NCBI GenBank assembly: GCA_951406725.2
Contig: OX597829.1
Location: 51,150,001-51,214,000, forward strand
DNA length: 64,000 bases
Direction of reading: 5' to 3'
From: Octopus vulgaris
Taxonomy: Eukaryota
Below are positions 37,970 through 51,586 of this stretch, piece after piece (the first letter of the stretch is position 1; each line of letters opens with the position of its first letter). A model generated the notes under the pieces. That model was not told where the DNA came from, ran no database searches, and worked only from the letters and a program-made list of their open reading frames with translations. The translations under genes and the position numbers were made by a program.

Positions 37970-38133
37970 TATGATGGGCTTCTTTCAGTTTCCGTCTACC
38001 AAATCCACTCACAAGGCTTTGGTCAGCCCGAGGCTATAGTAGAAGACACTTGCCCAAGGTGCCACGCAGTGGGACTGAACCCGGAACCATGTGGTTGGTT
38101 AACAAGCTACTTACCACACAGCCACTCCTGCAC
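37714..38133 (-). mobile_element. SINE family 1
   Basis: Near consensus. Confidence 0.9.
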
Positions 38134-38288
38134 CTATATATATATTTTACAATGAGAAAAAGGAGGAAATTATTAATATTCCAGATACAGGTTTTTTTTT
38201 TTTTCAAGACTGAGAGAGGAGATTTCTCAGAAAGAAGCAAAATTCCTTTGGTGTTTTATAAGATTCATGCATGAATATAATGTATGTA

Positions 38289-39450
38289 CAGGGGTTGGAC
38301 AAAATAATGGCAACACCTTAAAATTTCAAACAAATTTATTTTAATATGGGGTAGTACTGCCTTTGGCAGTAATTACAGCTTGAATTCTATGAGGTATGGA
38401 CTCGTACAAAGTTTGAATTGTTTCCGAAAGAATTTTTGTCCATTCTTCAGCTAAAACAGCCTCCAGTTCTTGTAGTGATGATGGTGGAGGATATCAACTC
38501 CTTACTTGCTTTTCTAAAATGCACCATAAATGTTCGATAATATTGAGATCTGGGGACTGTGGTGGCCAGAGAAGATGTTCAACTTCACTAGAATGTTCCT
38601 TGTGCCATTCAGTAACAACTTTGAAAGATTGTGTTTCCCTCCGGAAACAGTTCCACAATCATAGGATGAATTTGATGAGATAAAATGCTTAAATAGTCTT
38701 AACTATTAATTTTGCCATGAAGGGAAACCACTGAGGCAATGGATTTCCAAGATATAGCCACCCAGATCATCATGGATCTTCCTCCATGTTTAACAGTTGG
38801 AAGAAGGCAGTTTGGTTCAAATGCTTCTTTTGGCTGTCTCTACACATATACTCAGCCAGTGGTCAGAAATAGGGTAAAGGATGACTCGTGCGAGAAAATA
38901 ACATTCTTTCACTGCTCTAGGGACCAATTCTGTAGGTTTTTACTCCACTCTAAGCACTTTGCAACGTTTGTTTTTGAAAGTAGTGGTTTTCTGATTGCAA
39001 TACTCCCATGAAATCTGGCTTTGTGCAGCTCCCAGCGAACAGTTTTTGTGGAAACTGAGTTTTCAAAGTGGTCATTAAGCTCTGCAGTAATTTTGGGATC
39101 TGTACTTTTCTTCCGGAATTTTGTTTTGATGAGATTTTTTCCCCCTTTCTCAAAGGCTGTCATTTCTTTCGAGACAATACTTCTTGATACACCAAACATT
39201 TCAGCTCATTTCATTACACTAGCACCTGCCATATAAGCGCCAACAATTTGACCTCTTTCAAAGTCCGATAGATCTGTCATTTTAATGAATTTTAATTACC
39301 TTTTTCTAATGATATCTGAAAAGAAAGAGCAATTTTAGCAAAACATATTAAGCAACACTAATAATAAATCAAAAAACATAAAAATAAACAAGCTTTTGAT
39401 GGTTTTATAGATATTTCAATATTATGATGCTATGATGCTGGGTGTTTCCA
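38289..39450 (-). mobile_element. Decayed Tc1-like transposon
   Basis: TA|CAGGGGTTGGACAAAATAATGG terminus and partial opposite TIR ggtgtttcca at 39441-39450. Minus strand encodes WPPQSPDLNIIEHLW and VSTKTVRWELHKARFHGSIAIRKPLL. Confidence 0.9.
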
Positions 39451-40248
39451 ATGGATGATGGCCAGAAATGTTGAACAAAAGCAGAGCATAAAAAATTGTA
39501 AACAGCAGCAGATTTGAGGCATATGTTAGACAGCATAGGAGAGAGAGAGAGAGAGAGAGAGTATGTGTGTGTGTAGATAATAGTATGTATGCTTGGGTGA
39601 GGGCAAGATGGTGAAATAGGATGAGAGCCTCAAGAGAAGGAACTAAAAGTAACAGGTAAGAATTAGGGGAAACGTAAACTTGTTGTTGATGCCAAGGGGA
39701 CAGGACATGCCTAGTTGGAAAATACAGCATTATTAACATAGCAGCTGTATGAAAGGTGATTCATGGTGTTGGAGTAAACTAAAGGCAGAAAAGTTGTTGT
39801 GGTGGTGGTGGTGGTGGATGCGGCGTTGACGGCCTGTAGAATAGAAATGTCAAGTAACTGGTTTATGGAGCCCAGAGTGCTATAATCTATGTCAAAGCTT
39901 TCTGAAACAATCTGCTAAGTGTTAACCCATTTCACCTATGCAGTGCTGCCATTTGCGACTGTGTGTGTGTCTGTGTCTGTCTGTGAGTGAGTTTATAGAG
40001 ATCATGTAGACTTTGGTCATTACCTCGTTAGCATACAGCATACAATTGACTCGAGTTGAACAGACAAAGAAATATTAATAAATCAATAAATTTATCCAAC
40101 AATGTATAAAATTCGCTTCATCCAGTTATAAAATTTGAAATAATTTTGATGAGATGACAAAACTCCAGTTCCAATAGCAACATATGTTGCATATGTATGC
40201 ATATGTTGCATATGCAATGTGTGTGTTGCATATGTTGCATATGCAATA

Positions 40249-40289
<41 letters not shown>

Positions 40290-41329
40290 GGTTTGCAAGC
40301 ACCAGCAGGCCTCAGGATATACATTCGCGTCCACAGAACATGATTACCGTTTAATTTTACTGAAACCTCATTTATCATTCACAACGAGAGAATCCATTGT
40401 GTGTGTGTGTGTACCCTTGCCTTGACATCATGTGATAATTGTAAATGGAGATGGTTACCATACATGCTGTGTTGTTTGTTTTCGAGTCAGGATTGGCAAC
40501 AGGAAGGGCATCCAGTTATAATAAATCTGCCTCGATGAATTTCTCTGACCGATGCAAGCACGGAAAATTGGACGTTAAAACTATGGTAGTGATGATCATA
40601 ATAATAATAATAATCCTTTCTACTATAGAGCACAAGGCCTGAAATTTTGGGGGAGGATGCCAGTTGATTAGATCGACCCCAGTATGCAACTGGTACTTAT
40701 TTTATTGATCCCCAAAAGGATGATAGGGTCGACTTTGGCGGAATTACTCAGAATGTAAAGACAGACAAAATACTGATAAGCATTTCACCTGGCATGCTAA
40801 CAATTCTGCCAGTTACCCACCTTATATAATAATAATGATGGTATGCACTGCTCTCTCACTCAATAATAATAATAATTATTATTATTATTTCTTTATTGCC
40901 CACAAGGGACTAAATATAGAAGGGACAAACAAGGACAGACAAAGGGATTAAGTTGATTACATCAATTCCAGTGCATAACTGGTACTTATTTAATCAAACC
41001 CCAAAAGGATGAAAGGCAAAGTTGGCCTCGGCGGAATTTGAATTTAGAACATAACGGCAGACAAAACACTGCTAATGATTCTGCCAGCTCACTGCCCTCA
41101 TAATAATAATAAGAAGAAGAATAATAATCATCATCATCATCATCATCATCGTTTAGCGCCCGTTTTCCATGCTAGCATGGGTTGGACGGTTCTACTGGGG
41201 TCTGTGAAGCCAGAAGGCTTCATCAGGCCCAGTCAAATAATAATAACAATAATAATAACTAAAAGCCAAATCTGAACTATGAAACCTTTTGTTTTATATT
41301 TCTTTCTTTAAAAAAAAATGGTTTGTTGG

Positions 41330-41386
41330 CAAATTAAGTGATGAAATAGGATAAAAGGAATTAGGTTAATTGTGCGTGTTTATACA

Positions 41387-41437
<51 letters not shown>

Positions 41438-41930
41438 ATATCAACTTTATAATTCTATATGTTCTCTGTGTGCATGTGCATGAGTGCTTGTGAGGCAGAA
41501 AGATAAGAAATCATAGGACTTATAATCTGCAGTCATTATTCCTATCGGTACTGAACACTTCTGGATTTCTGTGTCCTTGCATGTGTTGCCATATGGTTGA
41601 AGCACTAAAATACGCAAAGTAGGAACAGATTCAACAAGGCAATTCCTCGGTGAATATCAATTTTAGCTGTCACTGAACAAATGTAAATGTGATATTGCAT
41701 TGCTATTATCTATGATAATAATCAAATTGACTTTGTGTGCTTGCATAGATAGAGTTGTAGAATATATGTAAATTTTCTGTGAATTGAGTCAGTGGAGAGC
41801 TTATCGTTGATGGGGGTCATGAATGGTGACGTAGGGACTCTTACAAACCTAGCTAACTTATTGATTGATCAAGTGATTAATCAAACATTTGATTAGTTAA
41901 TTGGTTAAATGTTTAACCAATTGACAAAGG

Positions 41931-41961
<31 letters not shown>

Positions 41962-43046
41962 TTAATGTCTGTTGTCTATGCTGGCATGGGTTGGATGGTT
42001 TGACATGGAGCTAGCCAAGCAGGGAGCTGTCCTGGCTCCGATTGTCTTTTGTGGTATGGTTTCTACAGCTGGATGCCCTTCCTAATGCCAATGTCTTCAC
42101 AGAGTGTGCTGGGTACTTTTTACATGCCACCAGCATGGGGAGGCATTCACACAACACCAGCAAAGGACAAGCTTCCATGTATGGAAGACCATAATTTTAC
42201 TTAACTTGATACATCTTTTCAAGTACAGCAAATCACCACAAGTCCCGGCCCCTTGTCATTTCCTCATTAAAGCCCAGTGTCTGAAGATTTCCTCAGTCAG
42301 TCCAAACATACAAAGAAGTGAAATAGAACCAGTGCATGTTTATTATTGACATAATGATTGTCCTAACATACATTAAAACATGTTTCAACACCGCATTTCA
42401 CATCAAGAATCTTGCAAATCAAATACAAAAACAAAGTATATGGTCATTTCATTGCCTTTATTATCGCTAATTAATGATCATGCAAAAGGTGTACAGACCA
42501 TACAATATATATTGGTTTCAAATTTTGGCACAAGGCCAGCAGTTTCAGGGGAAAGAAGTAATTCAATTACATCAATCCCAGTGTTCAACTGGTGCTTATT
42601 TTATTGGCCACGAGAAGGTGAAAGGTAAGGCTGACCCTCGTGGAATTTGAACTCGCAACATAAAGACAGACGAAATGCTGCTAAGCATTTTCCCCAGAAT
42701 GCTAATGATGCTGTCTACCCATCACTACCCTATAATATTGTTCCTCTTGCAAGCTAATAAAGGAGCCTATCATACAACCTATTCAAAGTAGTAGCTAAAT
42801 TTCCCTCAAATGAGGTCCCACTGCTCCATTATCATTGAAAAAGGAAACATTGGCTGATAATGTTGTCTTGAGTTCCATGCACATGGGATGGTTGAAGCTG
42901 GATTGCCTTTGGTCACAGGGTTTGCTTCATGCATGCAGACTCAATCAATGTCAGTTGGGTTTCAGACGTTTTGGCACAGCCATTCTAGTATCGCTGATTC
43001 AACATTGACTTATTGACATCAGGCATTTTAATGTTTCTCTCATCCC

Positions 43047-43120
<74 letters not shown>

Positions 43121-43186
43121 GTAAGCATACATCTCTTTATGAGGAGAGAGAATGTGTTTATGTCAATCATGTTCAATTATAGTTTC

Positions 43187-43233
<47 letters not shown>

Positions 43234-43320
43234 GTATATATGTATGTGCATGTTTCTGCATACTCGTGTGTGTGTGTACACGTGTGTGCACACACTCACC
43301 TTCAGCACCGAAAAGTATTG
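41330..43320. repeat. Fold-back module B (paralogue of modules A and C), interrupted by RTE tail, SINE and microsatellite insertions
   Basis: Exact shared motifs with A and C; see findings. Confidence 0.6.
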
Positions 43321-44025
43321 CCACCAAAACAGGCTGAAAATCCAGTCAGCTGTGCCAAATTGTTTCATTCAACTGTTAACATCATTTGCATTTCTTTCTA
43401 AATAACAGAATAGTAATTCCTATGAATGTGATTTTATGAAAGAGATAATGCTCTATGAGTTCCATGTACATGTATTGAGCATTTTTGAAAGCCCTCCATG
43501 CAATGAAAGTCATTTGAATGAAAATAATTCTAGAAAATACTTTTATTGAATTTTTTAAATGGTAGATATTTCATCTTTGGAAACAAGTTTTTCCATATAA
43601 CATATATCTCTCTTTTTACAAATTTCAGTCATTTGACTGCGGCCATGGTGGAGCACCACCTTTAGTTGAACAAATCAACCCCAGGATTTATTCTTTGCAA
43701 GCCTAGTATTTATTGTATCGGTCTCTTTTGAGACCGACACAGACACAGGCACAAAAATAGATACCCATAAATATATATATATATATACATACATACACAC
43801 ACAAGGGGATTCTTTCAGTTTCTGTCTACCAAATCTACTCACAAAGCTTTTGTCGGCCCAAGGCTATAGTAGAAGACACTTGCCCGATGTACTATGCAAA
43901 TTAATTGAAAAAAACACAGAGCATCTCAACAGAAATATGGTAACATATGATGATGATGATACATGCCTTTACAATTTCTAGCCCTGACTATTATATCTTT
44001 TGTTGGTTGTTGTTGCTTGCCTTAA

Positions 44026-44248
44026 CCCTTTAGCATTTAAACCGGCTATATCCAGCCAAAAGTATTCTGCCTGTTTTATGTTCAAACTGGCCAGATCTGG
44101 TCTCTTACACCAGCCCTACAATATCATTTTAAAAATTAACAGCTACCTCATTAAAATCTCATAGCTACAAGATAATGTACGATTAGTTCAAGGCAATGTG
44201 GATAAAAAAAAGCATTAATTTTGGCAGAATAATGCAAACACTAAAGGG
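44026..44248. mobile_element. TTAA MITE family 1 (further copies ~12160-12370, 21597-21822, 48368-48550, 62354-62572)
   Basis: TTAA-ccctttag...ctaaaggg-TTAA. Confidence 0.85.
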
Positions 44249-44376
44249 TTAAATGATCTCATGATTAAGTAGGCCTGTAATCAAAGACATCACAGCTATG
44301 ACCATCCCACTCTTTCTTTGTTGCTGTGTGTACCAGAGGATGAGAGTGGTCACCATTTCTCCTTACATGTCGGCTT

Positions 44377-44457
44377 TCTCTGATGGACATATAATATATA
44401 ACTGGTTTGTTGCCTAACACTCCATTATATAATTTCACGTGAAACTGATTGGTAAGA
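44377..44457 (+). ncRNA. Decayed hammerhead motif
   Basis: tct-CTGATGG-ac...tatataa...ttatata...gt-GAAA-ctgattgg-TA-aga. A9G substitution in the core; stem III resembles a CpG-decayed palindrome. Confidence 0.5.
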
Positions 44458-44629
44458 CCAGCTTTGATGGACAATTAACACTTTAAAATTCCAACTATAT
44501 ATATATATATATGATTAAATCAAGAATATAAATCCTTAGGGATGTCAGCATCCAAATTCCCTGGTTTTATCCAGTGTGTCAGTGAAAAACCAAAGATGTT
44601 AGCTTAACATTGTTGAATATGGGTATACT

Positions 44630-46905
44630 ATTTTTTATGGATGAGAAAAAGAGAACAGAGAAATTGACATATAGACATTAATTTATTCGAACATAATACA
44701 ATTTTGAACAATATCAAACTCAGTGTCACCTACAATTGTTTCCATGCCCAATTAAATCAATTTGAGAAATTAAATTAAATTGAATTTCCATATCATTAAA
44801 TAGCGTTAATTGGGTATTATATCAAGGGAAGAATTTGATAGAGATGAGCTACAATCTCATGTACTGTTTCACCCTTGATAGACTTAGAAATGTGCGTTTC
44901 AGCACTAATGTATTTTAAAAACTGTTACTTAGGTATATATAAATGCAAATTTGTATAATGCATTTGTCTGTGTGCATGTGTAATGTATTGAAAAACAAAA
45001 CAAAATATCCGTTAGCTTAAACGATATTTCGATACAATTACTTTAAACTAGAAGCTAAAAAACATTATTCCTAATTTACACTATTACTTATGATAGATCA
45101 AAATATCATTAACAGTATTTAATCACTTAAGAAATTTATTATAAGTCATCCAATTGCAATCTAGAAATCATAGTTAAATAATAGAATATCATTATTATTA
45201 TTATTATTATTATTTTAAAAACCATAATTACGTATATGTAATATTTTAATATTTTCATTATGTATTTGTGTGTGTGTGTGTGTGTGTATGTGTGTGTGTG
45301 TGTGTTGAAAGCTACAAGATAATCACGAATCAAAACTGTTTACTAATTATGATAGCTGAATATTACATCATCAATATTGTGTGCAATATATTTGTTTATG
45401 TAATAATGTGAACAGATACACACAAGCTTAATTGAGGAAAGCACTAACATTAGCAAACGAAAATTAATGAAATTAATAAAAATTAAAACCATTATTGAAT
45501 TAATACGTAATATCTTTAACCTTAGATTACCAATTATTTTTTTAAATATATTAATCACAGATTCCTAAGATACATTTTTAAAATATTAAAATCCTTTTAA
45601 CCGTTATATAATATAGTTACCTGTAAATAAAATGGTAAGTCAATATTTACCATTTATTTTATATTTTAATATTAATATGATATCTACTAAAAATTATCTA
45701 ATCTTTATGGTTAAAATTGTTAGTATATTAATCCTGAGATACCACATAAATTTATAGTCCTGGTAACTTTTATATTGTACTAGCAGTATCGCCCAGCGTT
45801 GCTCGGGTTTGTAAGGGAAATAACTATATAAGCATTTTTAGAGATGTAAAGTATAATAGCCATCTCAATATGGCTAACCACAAAGGGTGGGGTGTTACTG
45901 TAGCTTTTTACGTTCTGAGATTTAATAATAAATTTTTAGAGAGTTACTTCCCTTATATAAGCCAAAAATGCATTAAAAATGGGAAAAATTGATGGTAAAT
46001 TTTTTTTTAAATCGTAGACTCATCGTAGACACGCGCTAATACCCAGAAGGGCTCGATATGAATCACGACTATAAGATACCCGGTTTTGGTTAAACTGCAC
46101 CACAAAATGTGGGAGTAGTTAGGAATCTAAATCGTAGCAGACAGACAGCACACAACCTCACTTTTATATATAAAGATATAATGGTAGCTTTTGAAAACAT
46201 ATTATAGGCATGAACACAGGATACCCCCCCTCCTCCTTGTGTTAAGGAGTCTATGTTAGGAATTTAAGATTTGATATAATTCTTCTATGCAAAGAAAACA
46301 AAAGGCATTGCCAATTTTATAGACATTAGCTCTGCTTATTAATTCCCATTCCATAGTAAACATTTTGGTTTTGCTATTTATCTGTGTATCCATTTTCTTG
46401 TCAAAATGAAATGCCTTCCATCTGAGTCTGTGGATGAATTCAGCTGTTTTATGAATTGGGTCCTCTATGTACTCCATTTTAGGTGGAATTGGAATGTCCT
46501 TCAGTAGAAATGTCTACTTCAGTTTGCTCCATTTTATTGGTGGAAACTAATATTCATCTACTTCCGTAGTTGTTTAAATTTAATTAAATCAAGGATATAA
46601 ATCAAGGATATGAATTAAGGATATAAAATCCACAAATGCATTTAACAAATTTGCATTTACATATACACAAGTAACAGTTTTTAAAATACATTGGTTGTTG
46701 AAATGCACATTTCTAAGTCTATCAAGGGTCAAACGATACATCAGAAGGTAGCTCCTTTCTATCAAATTCTTCCCTTGATGTAATACCCAATTAATGGTAT
46801 TTGATACGGAAATTTAATATATTGTTTAGAATTGTATTATGTTCTAATAAATTGATGTTTATATGTCAATTTCTCCATTTTCTTTTTCTCATACATAAAA
46901 AAAAT
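44630..46905 (-). mobile_element. Penelope-like element relic bounded by ~300-bp inverted repeats, with a Helitron inserted at 45780-46176
   Basis: Inverted arms ~44630-44968 and ~46630-46905. ORF 46256-46477(-) fuses a Penelope N-terminal motif (KTAEFIHRLRWKAFHF) to a GIY-YIG C-terminal motif (WELISRA...CFLCIEELYQIL). Confidence 0.7.
45780..46176 (-). mobile_element. Non-autonomous Helitron
   Basis: 5' TC, 3' hairpin cccgagcaacgctggg then CTAG, inserted between A and T. Confidence 0.85.
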
Positions 46906-46970
46906 ATATAAAGGTGGTGCTCCAGCATGGCCGCAGTCAAATGACTGAAACAAGTAAAAATTTAAAAAAT

Positions 46971-47134
46971 AGGTGTAGGAGTGGCTGTGTGGTAAGTAGC
47001 TTGCTTACGAACCACATGCTTCCGCGTTCAGTCCCACTGCGTGGCACCTTAGGCAAGTGTCTACTACTATAGCCTTGGGCCGACCAAAGCTTTGTGAGTG
47101 GATTTGGTAGACGGAAACTGAAAGAAGCCCATCG

Positions 47135-47189
<55 letters not shown>

Positions 47190-47807
47190 ATATGTTTGTG
47201 TGTCTGTGTTTGTCCCCAAAACATCGCTTGACAACCGATGCTGGTGTGTTTATGTCCCCGTCACTTAGCAGTTCGGCAAAAAGTGACCGATAGAATAAGT
47301 ACTGGGCTTACAAAGAATAAGTGCTGGCGTCGATTTGCTCGACTAAAGGCGGTGCTCCAGCATGGCCACAGTCAAATGACTGAAACAAATAAAAGAGTAA
47401 AGAGTAAATATATAACGGGATTCTTTTAGTTTCCTTCTCCTAAATCCATTCGCATAGCTTTGTTTGGCCTGAGTTTATAGTAGAAAACACTTGCCCAAGA
47501 TGCCATGCCATGGAATCAAACCCAAAACCACATGGTTTGGAAACACTTCTTAACTATACACCTATGCCTGTGCTGTTTTGTTTTACTCTTACTCTTTTAC
47601 TCTTCTACTTGTTTCAGTCATTTGACTGCGGCCATGCTGGAGCACCGCCTTTAGTCGAGCAAATCGACCCCGGGACTTATTCTTTGTAAGCCCAGTACTT
47701 ATTCTATCGGTCTCTTTTGCCGAACCGCTAAGTGACGGGGACGTAAACACACCAGCATCGGTTGTCAAGCAATGTTGGTGGGGACAAACACAAACACATA
47801 TACACAC

Positions 47808-47869
<62 letters not shown>

Positions 47870-48028
47870 GACAGGCTTCTTTCAGTTTCCGTCTACCAAA
47901 TCCACTCACAAGGCATTGGTCGGCCCGGGGGCTATAGCAGAAGACACTTGCCCAAGATGCCATGCAGTGGGACTGAACCCGGAACCCTGTGGTTGGTTAG
48001 CAAGCTACTTACCACACAGCCACTCCTG
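46971..48028. mobile_element. Inverted (tail-to-tail) pair of SINE family 1: 46971-47406 (+) and 47586-48028 (-)
   Basis: Two near-consensus copies about 180 bp apart in opposite orientation. Confidence 0.9.
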
Positions 48029-49084
48029 TTCTTTTTTTTTTTGTTCTTTTTTTTTTGTTAAAAATTTTACATTTCATTACATTTTGCATGGTTTCATTTA
48101 TATCCATCATGACATATCTTATTAATTTCTAGATATGCACACACACACACACACACACACACACGCTCTCTTACCTACTGAGCCATTCATTTAATGCATA
48201 TTAAAACATAAGTATTACATTTTTCAAGGCTAATAGTCCAAAAGAATTACAGTGATATTGATGACTCATGTCAGACAGTTAAACATTTAAAATGTGTACA
48301 TTTCTAAAAATAGAAAGCTAAAAAAAATGTCTAGCGCACGTTGCAAATGAAAAGATTAAAATGACAGTTAACCCATTAACGTTAAAACCAGTCATATCTA
48401 GCCAAAATATCCTTCCTGTTTTATGTCCAGACGGACCAGATCCAGCCTCTTACACCTACCCTACAATGTCTTTTTAAAAATATACAAAAATATACAATGT
48501 AAATAAAGAAGAATTACATTTGACAGAGAAATCTGAATGCTAAAGGATTAGACTGGATGATCATGGGAACAGCTCAAACAGGGTTGACCTGGGGTTAAAC
48601 AACAGCAACATATGTTACAAGCCAATGCCAGAACCTCAAAGTGGTTACTCAACTTGCTAGACATAGCAGCCTGATGTTAAAATAATTTGTTTACCATCTT
48701 AACCCTCTAGCATAGTCTGTGTCCATATAGTGTTGGCAAGGGAGATCATTGCTCCCATTTCCAGCCTTATGTGATACTCTTCTCTATACAAGATCAGTGA
48801 CTGTGTGTCGCTTAAAGTATATATAGTGTTTGCGAATGGAGAAAGTTTTCATCAACAGCCAATGATTGTCTCACACTGAGGATGGGTAATCACTTAAGGC
48901 TGGAGATGGGAGCAATGACCTTCCTTGCAAACACTGTATGGACACAGACTGTGTGTTCATAGCCAGCTGGAAAAGATGTTTTTCCTGGGGCTTAAACAAC
49001 AGTAGCATCGTCCTTTATAGGACTGACACGTTGTGTTGGCAAATAAACTTTACTATTCAGTACTGTTACTGCATATCTATCTCT

Positions 49085-49271
49085 CTCTTTTATTTGTTTC
49101 AGTCATTTGACTGCGGCCATGCTGGAGCACCGCCTCTAGTCGAGCAAATCGACCCCAGGACTTATTCTTTGTAAGCCCAGTACTTATTCTATCGGTCTCT
49201 TTTGCCGAACCGCTAAGTGACGGAGACGTAAACACACCAGCATCGGTTGTCAAGCAATGCTAGGGGGACAA

Positions 49272-49302
<31 letters not shown>

Positions 49303-49471
49303 CATACATATATACGATGGGCTTCTTTCAGTTTCCGTCTACTAAATCCACTCACAAGGCATTGGTCGGCCCGGGCCTATAGCAGAAGACACTTGCCCAA
49401 GATGCCATGCAGTGGGACTGAACCCGGAACCATGTGGTTGGTTAGCAAGCTACTTACCACACAGCCACTCC
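49085..49471 (-). mobile_element. SINE family 1
   Basis: Near consensus. Confidence 0.9.
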
Positions 49472-50339
49472 TATCTATCACTGAAAGATTTAAGAGTTGT
49501 TTTTCTCTATATTTTATTTATTGACTTGTAAAATCTTTGACTTTCTTAGTTTCACTGATTGCAAACACACAAAAAAAAAAAGAGAAAAAAAAGCATGGTG
49601 GGAGAATGGATGGGTGGGTGGGTGGTTGGGTGGAGGAAAAACTGCCCTACCCATACAATAGCCAAGGTGAAAATTAAGACCAAGAACACAGTTGACAAGA
49701 TACATCATAAAATTTTCAATGGTATTGCAATTCTTGTTTCTGTAAACAATGGGTATTTTTTTAAATGATAAATGTGCTGCGGCAGCAGCAGCAGCAGCAG
49801 TAGGAGTAGTAGTAGTAGTAGTAAAGGTGGTTTTAGTAGTAGTAATGGTGGTGGTAGTGGTAGTAGTAGTAGTAATGGTGGTGGTGGTAGTAATAGTAGT
49901 ATCATATATGTTTTTGTTTAATATTACCCTTTTTCTTTTTTCTTTCTGTAAAAACTGACCTACATTTTTTTAAAAATAAATTCTTCCTTTTCTGCAATCC
50001 TGAATGAATGCTTTTATTTCCACTTCCCATATGAAGTTCCAATTATTAATCAATTTAACTGAATTAAATTGAGTTATTCAAAAACTATTAAACTGGATTG
50101 ATTGAAGAACGTATCTGTATGAATGTCTCTAAATCTGAGAATGTGGAAGCCAAGGTCACATGGAAGAATAACAAAACCAAAAGCAAGTATTCCAACAAGA
50201 ATTGAAAATGTACAGGAATGAAAGTATTGTTCTTTTATGGGACTTCAGTTATTAGATTGTAGGGGCCATTCTGGAACTCAACCTTTAAGAGGGTGTCAGT
50301 CTGTCATATCTTTTAACTTTCTATTTCTTTTTTTTTTTT

Positions 50340-50724
50340 TTTTGTTTCAGGCATTAGACTGTGGCCATGCTGGGGCACCACCTTGAATAAGTTTTAGTCA
50401 AACTAATCAACCCAAGTACTTATTTTTCTATTAAGACCTGGTTCTTCTTCCGTTGGTCTGTTTTTGCCTAAGTGATAAGATACATGGTTGTAAACACACA
50501 AACACCAGTTGTCAAACAGTGGTGGGGAACTAACACAGATACATAAGCATATATATATAGGGACACAGGCGTGGCTATGTGGTAAGAAGCTTGCTTCCCA
50601 ACTTCATGGTTCTGGATTCAGTTCCACTGCATGGCACCTTGGACTAGTGTCTTCTACTATAGCCTTAGGCCGACCAAAGCCTTGTGAGTGGATTTGGTAG
50701 ATGGAAACTGAGAGAAGCCCATCA

Positions 50725-50772
<48 letters not shown>

Positions 50773-51100
50773 TGTGTTTATGTCCCCATAACTTAGCGGT
50801 TTGGCAAAAGTGATCAATAGAATAATTACTAGGCTTGCAAATAAATCCTGGGGTCAGTTTGTTCAACCAAAGACAGGGCTCCAGCATGGCCACAGTCAAA
50901 TGACTTAAACAAGTAAAATAATAAAAGAATATATATATAAATATATACATCTCAGATTTCTTTCAGTTACCATCTGTTGACTCCACTGACAAGGTTTAGC
51001 AGAAGACATTTGCCCAAGGTGCCATACACACAGTGGGACTGAACCTAGAACCATGTAGTTGGGAAGCAAATGTTTTACTACACAGCCACTCCTGTGCCTA
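50340..51100. mobile_element. SINE family 1 (-) with a second copy (+, ~50560-50925) nested in its central microsatellite
   Basis: The host halves flank the inserted copy. Confidence 0.75.
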
Positions 51101-51279
51101 TACCTCCATTTTATTCCGGTGCTTATACTTATTTATTCAGTAACCTCTGCTAAATAAATGGTTACGTTGACATTATCCTTATCACATAAACAGATGATGC
51201 AATTTCAGTCACTGCTTTTCATGGATATAAACAAACAGAAACAAACACGCGCGCACACACACACATACCAGCCATATAG

Positions 51280-51586
51280 TGTAACCTCTCGAAAAAGTTG
51301 TTCTTCACTCCTGCTCCAGAACGTCGGCTGCGGGGTCATTCCAAAAAGCTCTATCTGTGAAGATTTCATCTCAATCGAAGGCGAGGGGCTTTCTCTGTCC
51401 GGGTTGCGGATCCGTGGAATAAGCTGCCGGACGAGATAGTGAAGATGCCGACGACCGCTCGGTTCAAAGTCTCCCTTGACCACAAATGGCCTGAATTCTT
51501 TGCATGAACACCACCCTGTACATAACTCCATGTCCCCTACATGGCCTTGCTTTTTGCTTTTTGAGCCAAAAAATTAACTAACTAAC
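51280..51586 (+). mobile_element. CR1/L2-clade LINE 3' end
   Basis: Translates as ...RLRGHSKKLYL*RFHLNRRRGAFSVRVADPWNKLPDEIV...FKVSLD, the CR1 ORF2 C-terminal signature; (aact)n tail. Confidence 0.8.

Noticed and set aside
45000-45770. Very AT-rich segment suggesting a mitochondrial insertion
   Set aside because: No recognisable mitochondrial gene, tRNA or rRNA motif; it lies inside the Penelope-like relic.
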